DNA of 64,000 bases from Mobula hypostoma (lineage: Eukaryota): the NCBI RefSeq assembly GCF_963921235.1, contig NC_086097.1:63862001-63926000 (forward strand), written 5' to 3'. Shown here one piece after another: positions 11,594 through 23,522 of the stretch (within the stretch, counting starts at the first letter, position 1; each line of letters begins with the position of its first letter). Made by a program: the position numbers and the translations under genes. Under the pieces are notes generated by a model. That model was given only the letters and a program-made list of their open reading frames with translations, had not been told where the DNA came from and ran no database searches.

Positions 11594-12912
11594 TCACTGA
11601 GCCTCTCCTAAGTTTCCCGACACCCCTCCCTTCTTAGTGGCCCGGGGCCCTCCCCCCTCGGAGCATCTCGTCTCACAATCCCTCCGCAAGTGACCCGCTT
11701 CCCCACAGCTGTAGCATGCCCCCGGCCACTCACATTCCCGCCAGAAATGCCCCTCTCTCCCACAGTTATAGCACCCGCTACCCACCGCCTCTCTCCTCCC
11801 GGTACGCCCCCCCCGGGGACCCCTTGGATTTCTCTGATCTCACCCCAGCTACCACCTCCTGAACCGCTGAAGACCGTCCCTGGGGGTCCGAGCCCCCTGG
11901 TCGGCCCGAAGCACTCTCCTCTGCCCGTACCTCTCTAATCAGCTGCCTGAATGATGGAGGGGGGCTCCTCTTATATGACTGCCGGATACTCCAAGCCACC
12001 CTGTCATCCTCCTGGGAACCTCTACATATCTGGCTCATCCTCAACTTCGCTACTTTGTCCGCCCTCACTACCCCTCGTCGCCGCAGCCCCGTAAGCTTCC
12101 CTTCCAGCTGGAAAACGTATTCTGAGAGCTTTTCCCCTCTTCTCTGCCCCATTTGTTGAAACTCCGCTAAGTGTTGCCAGGGATCTTCTGACAGTCCAAA
12201 CACTTCCTCCAAAGCGTCCAAACACTCTTGACAGGGAAGCCGAAGGGCGTTTCGCTCTCAAATCGCGGACCACACGGGCCGCCCCGCCCCTTAAGCTTTC
12301 CACCAATTGCTGTCTCTTTTCTTCATCCGAAACTAGCCACACCTCTAACAACTGGGGTGTATCCTCAACCCAGGTCTCATATTCATCCTCCCCTACCGGG
12401 GTGGGCCTGGCTCCCGAGAAAATTCTCAGCTTCGGACGGGGCCCCTCAACCCTTCTCGCCAGGGAGGTAATGGCAGCCGCTAACTCAGAGGTCTCAGCCC
12501 TAACTGAGGGACGGGGCCTGGCCAAGCCTTCCCACTCCACACCTCCACCCCTGGCTACTGGCACCTCCCCTGGGGCCTCATCTAGCTCCTCCTCCGGCAC
12601 CTCCTCACTTTCATCCTCCGGGAGGGTGTGGAGACCCCACGACCCTGCCTCCCCCTGGACATGGACTGTCGCTGGTAGTTCCAAAGTAATGACGTTGGCA
12701 CTCGTCCGCACCAACATCCATCTGGACTCCAGTTCTTTCCCACACCTTCTAGCTATAAGTTCTACCTGCCCGATACCTTTAATCAAACTCAACCCTCGCA
12801 CCAGTACATCTGCTGGAATGCAATAATCGACCCCACTTAGCACGCATGCATGATTCACCGGTACCACCTCAAATTCACACCAACTTACAATCTTATCTCG
12901 ATCCATCTTCAC
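11594..12912 (-). pseudogene. PNMA-like Gypsy gag with two CCHC zinc knuckles, frameshifted
   Basis: KLRIFSG...P.GEDEYETW, QQLVESLRGGA, Q..GEKLSEYV motifs typical of PNMA-type capsids; CYNCGREGHFWREC and CYSCGEAGHLRRDC. Confidence 0.85.
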
Positions 12913-12955
12913 ACCACTTAACGCGACGACTATTACAGCTTTACCGAAAGTCCAA

Positions 12956-12973
12956 ATCCTGGGCGAGCCCCCA
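12956..12973 (-). other. Primer binding site, tRNA-Pro type
   Basis: TGGGGGCTCGCCCAGGAT on -, 16/18 match to the tRNA-Pro PBS TGGGGGCTCGTCCGGGAT, 2 nt after the 5' LTR. Confidence 0.85.
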
Positions 12974-12975
12974 CT

Positions 12976-13962
12976 TGTAACGATCCGTTATATAGACTCG
13001 TGTATGTCTCGGGGAAATTCCGCCCAGCACCTGCTTCAACACTCCCCACAGGGTCGGTCGCTGCCCGAATCAATCCCAAACATCAATCATCAGCCAGCAC
13101 ACCCAGTAAATTTTAACAAGTACACTTTTTAGATGTTACTAATTCTATGACATTAATATAAATTTGATACAGAGAGGAAAGTAATGAAAAAAGAAAGGCA
13201 CCAACACTTATCAAAGTCCAAGTTCTTCGCGCGCTGCCGTTGGAGCTCAATCGATTCCTGACGACCATCTGAATTTCGTCGACTCACAGCTCGGGACCAC
13301 CCGGAGTGATCGACCGGAGCCTCTCCGCACGTCCGTGGTCCTCCTCGTCTCTCCTCCGACGCCCCGTCAAAACCCCCGTCCACCAACCTCCCCGTCTCTC
13401 CACCGACTCCCCGTCTCTCCAACTCCCCGTCAAAACCCCCGTCCGCCGTCCTCCGTCTCTCCTCCGACTCCCCACCAAAAACCCCCGCACGTCCACAGTC
13501 CTCCCCGTCTATCTTCCGATTCCCCGTCAAAACCCCCATCCACAGTCCTCCCCGTCTCTCCTCCGACTCCCCGCCAAAAACCCCCGCACGTCCACTGTCC
13601 TTCCCGTCTCTCCTCCGACTCCCCGCCAAAAACCCCGTCCACCGTCCTCTCCGACTCCCCGCCAAAAACCCCTGCACGTCCGCCATCCTCTTCGTCTGTC
13701 CTCCGACTCCCCGCCAAAAACCCCCGCATGTCCACCGTCCTCCCCGTCTCTCCTCCGACTCCCCGCCAGAACCCCGTCCACAGTCATATGATACAGCATG
13801 GTATCCGAAAACAAAACAATACATGACCACCCATTGGCTAATAGCATCCTGCTATCTATAATAACCCAAGCAACTGTCTAGTTAGAGACTGTCTCAGCAT
13901 CCCCCAGTATAACATAACAAAAGAAGCCATTTTAAATTTAACAAAAAGAAAGACCCCGTACA
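12976..13962 (-). repeat. 5' LTR (987 bp) with an expanded internal minisatellite
   Basis: Same ends as 4708-5344, with extra copies of ccgtctctcctccgactccccgccaaaaacccc-type units at about 13335-13785. Confidence 0.93.
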
Positions 13963-14039
13963 TGTAAATGCAGCTTGATGGCATAGTTGGTGATGTCTGC
14001 CATTGCGTTGATTGAGAATGGACTGTTGATGTGGGAATT

Positions 14040-14722
14040 AAGTGATTGCATTCCCCTTGCTTGTTGATAGAGCGTAGCTGGTGGGTTTTTAGTTGCCCTG
14101 TCTGCTACAAAAGGCAGGACCTCCCGGTGGCTACCTATTTCAATTCAATTTCCGATTCTGACACATCTGTCCATGAGCTCCTCTACTGCTATGATGAGGC
14201 CAAACTTGGGTTGGAGGAGCCACACCTCATTCAGTCTGAGTAGTCTCCAATCTGACGGCATGAACATGGATTTCTACAAGTTCCGGTAGTTTCTCCCCCC
14301 CACCCCTCTTCTCTCTTTCTCCATCCCCTTTCCTGGTTGCCCTCACACCCTTCTCTTCTCACTTGCCATTACCTCCCTCTGGTTCCTCCCCTTCCTTTTT
14401 CCATGATCCACTGTGCTCTCCCATTAGATTCCTTTTCCTTCAGTCCTTTACCTCTTTTACCTATCTGCTCCCAGCTTTCTTCATTCCCGCTGCCCGCCCA
14501 CAAACCTTCCCCCCTCACCTGATCTCACATAGTATCTGAAAGCTTGTACTCCTTCCTCTCCTCCACACCTCTCCAGCTTCTGCCCCATTCTTTCCCAGTC
14601 CTGATGATGGGCCTCAGCTCGAAATGTCGACTGTTAATTCCCTTCCATAGACTTGCAGAATTCCTCCAATATTTTGTGTGTGTGGCTCAAGATTTCTAGC
14701 ATCTGCAGAATCTCTTGTGTCT
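14040..14722 (+). mobile_element. Degraded Penelope-like 3' fragment (GIY-YIG tail, pyrimidine-rich UTR, hammerhead)
   Basis: KRQDLPVATYFNS...YCYDEAKLGLEE is homologous to 10430-10620, followed by the same 3' end. Confidence 0.85.
14596..14633 (+). ncRNA. Hammerhead ribozyme-like motif (diverged)
   Basis: CAGTC-CTGATGA-tgggcctcagctc-GAAA-TGTC-GACTG. Confidence 0.6.
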
Positions 14723-16178
14723 ATGGTCAGTGTTTGGTTGTCAGGTAAATGTTACACCGGAATGGTTGACTTCAGCTAGTTCTGAAGCACCTCTTCACTA
14801 ATGCTAATAGATTTTGACCACTGCTGACCACTTGTTCAGGTTCTCTTGATGTGGCTTTATTATGTTCTTTTAAGCCAGGTTAGATTGTTACTAATGATAG
14901 TGATGTTTGCATTAGGCTGTAAAGTCACAGGTTATAACAGACATCGTCATGCCCGTGTATTCCTGATGTTGATTTGCAAGATCTTATCTGATTCTATCCT
15001 ATTGTTTATTTAAAGGAAAGTTGCCGAAAAGAAAATGGTGGGGGAGAAGGGTTGATTCTATTTGGGGCATTAAGATTGGCTTGGTTTCTCATTTGGGGTA
15101 GTCCAGAACAAGAGGATGGTCTTAGAATTAGGACATTCATGAATCATATTAGAAAGCACTTTTTTTTAATGGAAACAGACAGCGTAGGCTTCAAAAGTCT
15201 GTTAAGACTAGATCTATTAAAAATTCCGAAACTGAGATTGATGGAGTTTTGTTGCAAACACAGGATGTGCAACTAAGATGGGCAATTAGAGTGGAAGTGC
15301 TATCAGCCATGATCAGAATGAATGGTACACAGGCTCAGGGGACTGAAAGGAACAAGAATGAATTAATATTTTTATGGTCAGTTAGCTTGCTGACCTGTCA
15401 AATATGTCATTGTTATACCCCAAATTGTGGAATGATACAGCACTGAAGAGGGGAATATTTACCCATTGTGCTGTGCTAGCTCCTTGATAGAGTTATTACT
15501 CTCCCAAGATAACTGTATTTATCTACTTTTTTAAAAAATTGAACACAGCACAGGAACAGATCCTTTGGCCCTCATTGTCTTTGCTGACCATGAAGCCAGA
15601 TTAAACTATCCTATCTACCTGCACATGATCCATATCTCTCTATTCCCTGCATGTTCTGTGCCTAATTGTTTCTTAAACACCAGCCAAGCCAGTATGTTTC
15701 AGGCATCCATTGCTGCATGTAAAGAATTTATCCTGCACATCTCCTTTCAACTTTCAATACATTGAGGGGACAGACCTCATAGCAACATTTCATCTGAGGC
15801 TCCGATATTCCATTTGTTGTGTGGGATAACAACAACAAATATAAATATTCAGTTATTTGCATAAGTTTTACCGTATTTAGGATTAGAGGTTCATCGTTAG
15901 TCAGAAGATGAGGATAAATCAGGTGTTTTCAGAACTAGGAGAAGTAGTATGTTAAGTTGCTATGGAGCAGTGATGCAGCAGTGTGATGTCCCAGTACATC
16001 TTGAAAATTATCCCCAGCATCGACCAATCTTGACAAGCATTGTGAGTAACACTGTAAATTTGAGTAATGATAAGTAATAATCTGAAATTTATAACTTAAA
16101 ACTGGAAGTTCATTGCTAATATAAAAATCCAATGCTATGCTTTTAAATCTTGATTTAATACCTTTTATTTTTCTTTAG

Positions 16179-16269
16179 CTAAATGCCAGCTTGAAGTCAG
16201 TGGAAGAGGAAAGAAATCAGATTCACAGCAAATTGTCAGATGAAATCAAAGCAAAGCAAGAGCTGATGG
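16179..16269 (+). CDS. MIA2: MIA2 coding exon (LNASLKSVEEERNQIHSKLSDEIKAKQELM)
   Basis: Polypyrimidine-AG acceptor and gtaatt donor. Matches human 'LNASLKTLEGERNQI'. Confidence 0.92.
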
Positions 16270-18254
16270 GTAATTATAAAAGAAATTTTAGTACTCCTAT
16301 TTAGTGGAGCTTAATGATGTACTGTATGCCAGTGATGTTTCTTGGGATGCTTAACATCTTGCAACTAATGCATTTATGGATGAGCACATTTCCTCAATTT
16401 ACTAGAGACATTTTTGATGTCTTCAGTGTTATATGATGATCCTTGTTGACTTAGGGTGACTGGTAGTTTGTCTTTCTAGCACGCTGATATTTGACTCATC
16501 TGGTGACTTTACAAGTTCCAAATTATCAATAAGATCGCAGGGTAAATATGGATGAGAAAGGTTACAGAAATCTCTATCAGAATATCTAACTTTCTGAATA
16601 TTCTGTCTTGTTTCTCCACTATAATCCAGATCTCATTATAATTGTAGATTTCCAGTTTGTAATCCAGTATAGATTTGTTGAATAGTATTGTTGATGCTGG
16701 AAATCAGAAATGAATACAGACCTTGGTAGAAGACATTTGAACAATAGTTATGCTTTCTTTCGTACTTTAATTTTGCCACTAATTAGGTCACATCTAGATT
16801 ATCTTGCACGATTCTTGTTACCACAGTTACAGGAAGGATGTGACAGCAGTGCAGATTAGCTCCTCATCAATGTATCATTTTCTGTTTCTGTATTTGTTAA
16901 AGGGAAAGCATGTTTGAGAAATTTTAAGTACCTCCTTGAAGAAATAGTTGATTGGCTTGGTAAAAAGAATATGGAGCATATTTGCCATTCAACAAGAATT
17001 TTAGAATCAAATAAATTTATATCACTCAAAAGAAGCTTTTTGGCCCATATTGGGCATATAGACTAAAAAAGACACAACTTGTTTTGACTCGCACTTCTCA
17101 GTTTTCCACTGGTAATCTTGTAGATTGATGCTTAGGTACATTTTCAGATGTGTTTCTATCTTTCTGTTAGCAAATCTCAAGTCGCTGTCTGAATAAATAG
17201 AAAAATAAGTCCTCAGTGCACGTTGATCCTCCTTTCAATTCGAAAATTTATTTCCTCTAATTATTGAGCTCAATCTTGTTTAAGCTGCCTAGGCATTTTA
17301 AAATTTTATATTGTGCATAGTTAACGCAGCACAGAAAGACACTTCAGTCCAGCTTCTCTATGCCAACCAAGTTGCCTCTGTCAGCTAGTCCCATTTGTCT
17401 GCGTTAGGGCTTATATCCCTCAACTTTTCCTATCCATGTAGTTGTACTTGTCTAAGTGTCTCTTAAAAGGTTGTACATATACCTACTTCTACCACTTCCT
17501 TTGGCAGCTTACTCCATGTACCCAGCACCATCTGTATGGGGGAAAATGTTGCCCATCAGGTCCCCTTTTACCCTTACCCTTAAATCTATGCCCTCTAGCT
17601 TTAAACTCTCCTACTGGGACCATACACTTTATGCATATCAGCTCATGATTTTATATACATCTATCAACTTCTTGTCCTCCAGAGAAAGTAGACATTCTTC
17701 CTAAATAGATCAGCTCATAATACTCCCAACTGTGTTTTCACCAATCCAGTAGAGCTCAATCAAAAATGTGCCTGGACTTGATGTGCAAAAGCAAAACCTG
17801 AGTTGCTGGAAATCCGAAATAAAAGCAAAAAATATTATAAATATTCAGCACATCAGCAGGATCTATGGAGAAAAAAGTTTACATTCAGTATGATGACACT
17901 TTGTCAGAACTAGGAAAATTAGGAGTCAAGCATGTCCAACAATCTGGAAGAGCTGTAGGTAGAGGGAAATAAATAAGAGCAAAGAAAATTGAAATTATAT
18001 GGGATGCTGGAACTATCCAGTAGATTGGGCAGTATCAGTGGAGAGAGTAAAAGAGATGCTTTTCATTAGAATTAGCCTGTTTTGATATTGATTGAGAAAG
18101 CTGGTTATGTGGAATTGTTCAGTTTGTTATTGGGGGCTTTTGAGAGCCAAGTCAAGAGATGAGTTGCTGCTGTGATGCTCGTGTTTAGCATAGCTGGAAC
18201 AGGGAATTTTTCTCTCAAGAGATTACGGATCGTGAGGGCTGTGGAAATGTTTTG

Positions 18255-18525
18255 CCAGTCAAGGACAGCTTCTAAACTGCTCTTAACAGGTGTATGAATG
18301 GAGCTCTCACAAGCTAAAGGATGCACGCTTGATCTCCTAATCTACCTTATTGTATTGTAACTTTGGCATTTTACTTGTCTAGTTGCACTGCACTTTCTCT
18401 GACTGTAACAGTTTTTTGAATTCTGTTTCTTTTTGCTATCTTGCTATATTTATGTATAACATGATCTGTTTGAATAGCACACAAGCAAAACCTCATAGTA
18501 TCTTGGTATATGTGACAGCAATAGA
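18255..18525 (+). mobile_element. Rex1/Babar-type LINE 3' end (degraded)
   Basis: tcaaggacagcttc...ctgcactttctct...cttggtatatgtgac, homologous to 50610-50860. Confidence 0.55.
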
Positions 18526-18713
18526 TTCATACCAAATGCGTTCATTTGAATGACAAAAGCGACTGTATATGAAGAATGCCATTTGGTTATGATATTCCTG
18601 AATGACAGAAAAGGCTCAAGAGACCAATTTGGGTACTCCTTTCTTATGTTCCAAAGTAAAATATCTCAAAACTTGCAATGAATTTATAAATATTTTTTGT
18701 TTTCATTTGGTAG

Positions 18714-18852
18714 AGCGCGTTGAGAAACTCCAGTTGGAACATACTTCAGCACAATGTGTGAAAACTCAGTTTGAGACAGAATATAAAACCATTCAGCAAA
18801 AGTTAAAGATCATGACAGAATTGTACCATGAGAAGGAAATGGAGCTACAAAG
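18714..18852 (+). CDS. MIA2: MIA2 coding exon (ERVEKLQ...QQKLKIMTELYHEKEMELQR)
   Basis: AG/GT boundaries, phase 1 to 2. Contains the QQKLKxMTELY signature of the cTAGE5/TANGO1 coiled coil. Confidence 0.93.
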
Positions 18853-19319
18853 GTAATAAGCATGGATGAGTTTTGAGTGAAAATGAATCCTATAGGAAAA
18901 ATACGTAATTGATAATGGGGTAGAGTCACAACACATTTAGAGCCTGTTGGTATTACAATGCAGGTGGAGAGAGGAGCAGTTTAAATGCCAGTGTTTTCCT
19001 GATGAGCAACTCAGATGGGTCGTGACTAGGGATAATAAGAGGAAAACATTTAAAATTACTTTATTCTAAACAGTAATATCAGCCCATACATAACTTATTT
19101 GTTAATGTAATATGTATTCACAGTAAGTTAAAATATTAAAAATGGGTATAATCATAATTATTTCTTAACTATTTTAATTTTGTATTGAAAAGAGTGGAAA
19201 TGCCTAGTTGGGTCATTGATTTCTCAGTCATTTTTATGCCATTGAATTTCTCTTTTTAATCTTTTGAGCTTCCTATTTAATCAGCCACTAATCGCAGCTG
19301 CTGTTGCAGGTAACGTTCA

Positions 19320-19975
19320 AGCCAGGACAGGACCTCTACTGTGAATGGCAGGGCACTGATGAGTGTTGTGGAACAGAGGCACCTTTGCAGAAGTGCACAG
19401 TTCACTGAAAGTGGACAGAATGTTGAAGGCATTAATCATGCTGGCCTTTATTAGTTGGGGCATTATATTTAGTGTACAGTCTTGGTCACCTTACTGTGGG
19501 AAAGACATGCTCAGGCTGGAGAGAATGCAGAAGAGATTTACAAGGATGCTGCCTGGATGAGGGGGCCTGAGTTATAAGGAAAGGTTGGCCACACTGGATC
19601 TTTATTCCTTGGAGCGCACAAGAATGAGAGGTGACCTCACAGAAGTTCATAAAATCATAAATGGTATGGATAAAGTGGACAGTCATAGCCTTTTCTCCAA
19701 GTTGCAGAGTCCAAAACTAGAGGGCACAGATAAGTCAGAGGGATTTAAAAGAGACCCGAGAGGTAACTTCTTTAAACACAGCGTAGTGAGTTAGCTGCCA
19801 GAGGATGTGATCAAAGCAGGTACAATTGCAGCATTTAAGATAATTACGTGGAGGTGAAGGGATTGGAGTGTCATGGGACAAAGTGACCACTGAGACTAGC
19901 AGGGAGGATGTTGTGATCAGAATGGACCATTTGGCCTGAAAGGCCTGTTTCTGTGCTGTATTACTCTATGATTCT
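19320..19975 (+). mobile_element. CR1 3' fragment
   Basis: VQSWSP...LERMQKRFTRMLPG, RMRGDLTEVHKI and a CR1 3' tail. Confidence 0.85.
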
Positions 19976-21028
19976 CTGATGAAATGGAGGGAATAGTCAA
20001 TCAATTTTTATTGAATGATTTCTCCCTCTGAAACTTCTCTAAATCCCCATTGAAAATTCCTTGTATAACTGGTTATAGGATTTTAACAGACTGTTGTAGG
20101 TGTTCACCCTCAACAATAATAATTGATTAGCCACACAGAGAATCTATTAAATGACAAATATATTTATTGCTTTGGTTAGAAACAAACTTGCAAGTCATAC
20201 AGAACTTAAGTATCTGTGCACACACTCATTAAGTTCCTTTGACCCTCCTTGAGCAGTTATAGTAAAAGTCATACCTGAAAATATGAACAACACACATAAA
20301 CGTTGCGTGAAATTCCAGCATCTGCAGATTTCCTCATTTGGGCCTGAAAATATGAGTTTATGCAGGCCAGGTGTTCCTTTCAATCCCCACGTAATCTGCA
20401 CAATGGTTGGTCACCAGAGTTTTTGCTGCTAATACTCTGGAAATTCTCCATTCTTATCGAACTGTTGTGTTTCAATTTTATTGGCTCTGGTTCATCTTGC
20501 TAGCCTGTGTCAGCATCTGATTGGATATGGCCCAAGGCTACAAGCATATTTCTTTATTGCTTTTCCACCAGACTTGTGCCTCATATAACTTTCTTTGTTT
20601 TCTCTGAGACAGACCAGCTAAAGCCTGATCAGCCAAACACTGGGCTCAGGTTACTTCAGATCACGAGCTGTTCTTTCCCTAAGTCTGCCAGTTCTACCTA
20701 ACCAAATAAATAATTTCTTATTTGAAAATGATCTCTGCTTTAGCAGATCAATGTTCACTTCAAATTTTTGATTAATCTATCCTGAGCAAGAGTCAATTCC
20801 CAAATCAGTTCAGAACATGGTGACTGCAAGAAGTGCTACAGAAAGGCAGCCTTCATTTCAATCACATGACAAAACATAGACTTTTGGTTTGTCTGCTTCC
20901 ACTGTTAGCTGCTTTGTGGATCTAATTCCTTTCTGGCCAACATACTTATCATTTCATCAGTCTTTCTGTTGCTATTGTATACCAGTTAGCTAAGGCATAA
21001 TTTTGTATTTTGATTGTTCTGTCTACAG

Positions 21029-21130
21029 AAATCTAACTCTGGAAGAGCATCATAGGTTGCAGAAAGAAGAGAAACTTTCTGAAGTTGATGAAAAGGTTAA
21101 TCAAGCAAATGAAGAGCTCACTATTTATAG
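21029..21130 (+). CDS. MIA2: MIA2 coding exon (NLTLEEHHRLQKEEKLSEVDEKVNQANEELTIYR)
   Basis: AG/GT boundaries, phase 2 to 2. Matches 'KLTVEENYRLEKEEKLSKVDEK'. Confidence 0.93.
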
Positions 21131-21207
21131 GTAACCATTGGTGTCAGTTTCTTAGTTAAAATGCACACATTGAATTGAGATACAATTATTGTTTTCTTTC
21201 TTTGCAG

Positions 21208-21268
21208 ACAACGTGCTAAAGATCTTGAAGATGAATTAACTAAAACTATGCAGTCATATAAAAATCAA
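21208..21268 (+). CDS. MIA2: MIA2 coding exon (QRAKDLEDELTKTMQSYKNQ)
   Basis: ttgcag acceptor and gtatgt donor, phase 2 to 0. Matches 'RAKDLEEELERT'. Confidence 0.93.
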
Positions 21269-22122
21269 GTATGTAAAAGAAAATTGTTTTTCATTGCTTA
21301 TTTCTTAATAAACCCAATATAAAGTATTTTCCATCTGAAATGTTAATTCTTTCTCTCTCAGCACATGATGTTCAGCGTTTGCTGTTTTTATTTATGTATA
21401 AATACTTCCTTAAAGCTTTCAACTGAAAGTAAAGTTGTTCTTACTCTACCAGAGCTGTTCTGTAAGATTTTTTGTCTGTTATTCTTAATAGTAAATAATA
21501 GTTCAAACATTTTTAACAGACTTTGTGACTCTTTGAATGTTTATGAATGCCAATGACCCTACTCTTTGTGAAAGCCATTCTGGTGGCTGAGCTGTTAGCA
21601 TGTTCAGAGCCTGCACTATCCTGGGAGCCGGCCATCCAGTTTCCTGCAGAAGACCATGCCAGGGATGACATTGGAAAAAATGGCATAACCCACGGGCAGG
21701 CATATGAATTTGGGTGGTTCACTGGTCAGTCCATTTTTTTGCTATCTTAAATGCCAGCAAGGATTGGGTATAGAGCAAAAGGCTTATGTTACCAGATTAG
21801 CAATCATGAGGTTCAGACTAATTGATGGAAAGTATCACTTCAAACCAAACACACCAGAGTTTAAATTCAGATAATTAACCAAATATAATTGGAATATAAA
21901 TTTGATATATGGCCATTACTGGATTGTTGTAGAAACCCCAATTAATGCACTAAAATATTGCCGAGAACAGTTGGCATTCCTAAGCAGCAAGAAATCAAAC
22001 AAAGTGTGATTAACTAATAACCACTAATAAACAGATGAACCTTAATAAACTTTGCCAGTGATGTCCATATTCTGTGAGTGGCAAATTAATTAAATAATTT
22101 TCTTCTGTATTTACATTTTTAG

Positions 22123-22158
22123 ATTGTATCCCATGAGAAAAAAGCACATGATAATTGG
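22123..22158 (+). CDS. MIA2: MIA2 coding exon (IVSHEKKAHDNW)
   Basis: ttttag acceptor and gtgagt donor. HEKKAHDNW is conserved in MIA2/MIA3. Confidence 0.95.
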
Positions 22159-22169
22159 GTGAGTTTCAG

Positions 22170-22976
22170 AGACAAAATGAAGTGTTGCACCTGGGTAGGT
22201 CAAATGTAAAGAGCCAGTACACTGTTAAGGGTCTTGCCTGTAACAGTGTTGATGAGCAGAAGGATCTTGGGGTCCAGATTCATAGCTCCCTGAAAGTGGC
22301 TACACAGGTTGGTAGGGTGGTTCATAGCCTGCTTCCCTTTGTTTGTCAATGCATTGAGTTCAAGAGTTAGGAGGATATGTTGCAGATTTATAAAACTCTA
22401 ATTGTGGAGTATTGCATACAGTTCTGGTCATCCCATTATAGGAAGGATGTTAAGGCTTTGGAGAGGTGCAGAAGACGTTTACCAGGATGCTGTGTCAATT
22501 GGAGGGCATGTCCTTTCACGAGAGATGGGACATACTTGGCTTGCTTTCTGTGAAATGCTGGGGGGTGTGGTTGGGGGGAAGATTTGGTAGAGGATTACAA
22601 GATTATGAGAGGCATAGATAGAGTGGACAGACAGTACCTTTTTCGTCAAGGTTGAAATGTCTAATACCAGAGGGTATGCATGTAAGGTGAGAGAGGGTAA
22701 TTCTAAAAGGAATGCGTGAGAGGTAGTTTTGTTTTACTGAGTGGTGCATACCTAGAATGTGCTGCCCGGGGTGGTGGTAGAAGCAGATATATTAGTGACT
22801 TTTCAGAGACGTTCAGATAAGCAGATGAGTGTGAGGAAGATGGAGGCATATGGACATTGTGTAGGCATAAAGGATTAGTTTAGTTGGCCATTTGATTACT
22901 AATTTATTTAGTTCAGCACAACATTCTGGGCTGAAAGACTTGTTCCTGTGCTGTACAGTTCTGTATTCTATGTTCT
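22170..22976 (+). mobile_element. CR1 3' fragment
   Basis: EVLHLGRSN...KDLGVQIHSSLK, with a tail ending ttctatgttcta. Confidence 0.85.
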
Positions 22977-23454
22977 AAAATGCAATGGCTTACCATTTAT
23001 ATTTCTAATGTATCTATTTAAATAATTTTAGGCCAAGTTACTAAGCATGACCTTGGTAAAATGCCTTAGTCACGAACTCCTGTTCAATTTTATTCAATAT
23101 TGTGTGTAATTACTAGCTTAGCCTAGTGGGTGGCTCAGTGGGGAGGGTGTCTGAAGGATGCATTTATTGCACGTACAAAAGCCCAAAGCTATTAACTGAC
23201 CATCAATTTATTCATATTAAGATAATAGCCAGCCCCTGGTGCAAATGTAAAGCACCTGGTAGTAGAGACACTGGAAAAAAAGTTAATAAAATATGAAATG
23301 ATTGTTCACTGAATCAGGTAAAAAGAAACAATCTCTGAATTTGCTGTAAACTAATTCCTGGAGTATGCCATCAATGAATTGCTACTACTGTCTTCTGAGG
23401 CTGATGTACATCATGTCCATATTTGTAACTGATATACAAAATTTTTAATTGTAG

Positions 23455-23522
23455 CTGTCTGCTCGTGAGGCTGAACGAGAACTTGGCAATGTTAAAAGAG
23501 AGAATATTCACCTTCGACAAAA
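23455..23522 (+). CDS. MIA2: MIA2 coding exon (LSAREAERELGNVKRENIHLRQK)
   Basis: tgtag acceptor and gtaagt donor, phase 0 to 2. Matches 'LAARNAERNLNDLRKENAHNRQK'. Confidence 0.92.

Larger units (their letters stand above)
4708..13962 (-). mobile_element. Full-length, decayed Ty3/Gypsy LTR retrotransposon in a MIA2 intron (antisense)
   Basis: Two TG...CA LTRs, 4-bp TSD TGTA (4704-4707 and 13963-13966), PBS, PPT, and gag-PR-RT-RH-IN order with frameshifts and stops. Confidence 0.95.

Noticed and set aside
13153..13847. Cluster of overlapping Pro/Gly/Arg-rich ORFs, and a superficially CRISPR-like repeat array
   Set aside because: These are translations of the GC-rich LTR minisatellite. Units are tandem and degenerate with no unique spacers, and the context is eukaryotic.
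21560..21710. GC-richer intronic patch as a possible snoRNA or ancient SINE (similar patches at 20500-20700, 23120-23270 and 42460-42900)
   Set aside because: No convincing box C/D, H/ACA or tRNA A/B-box architecture by eye. An Rfam/Dfam search would be needed.
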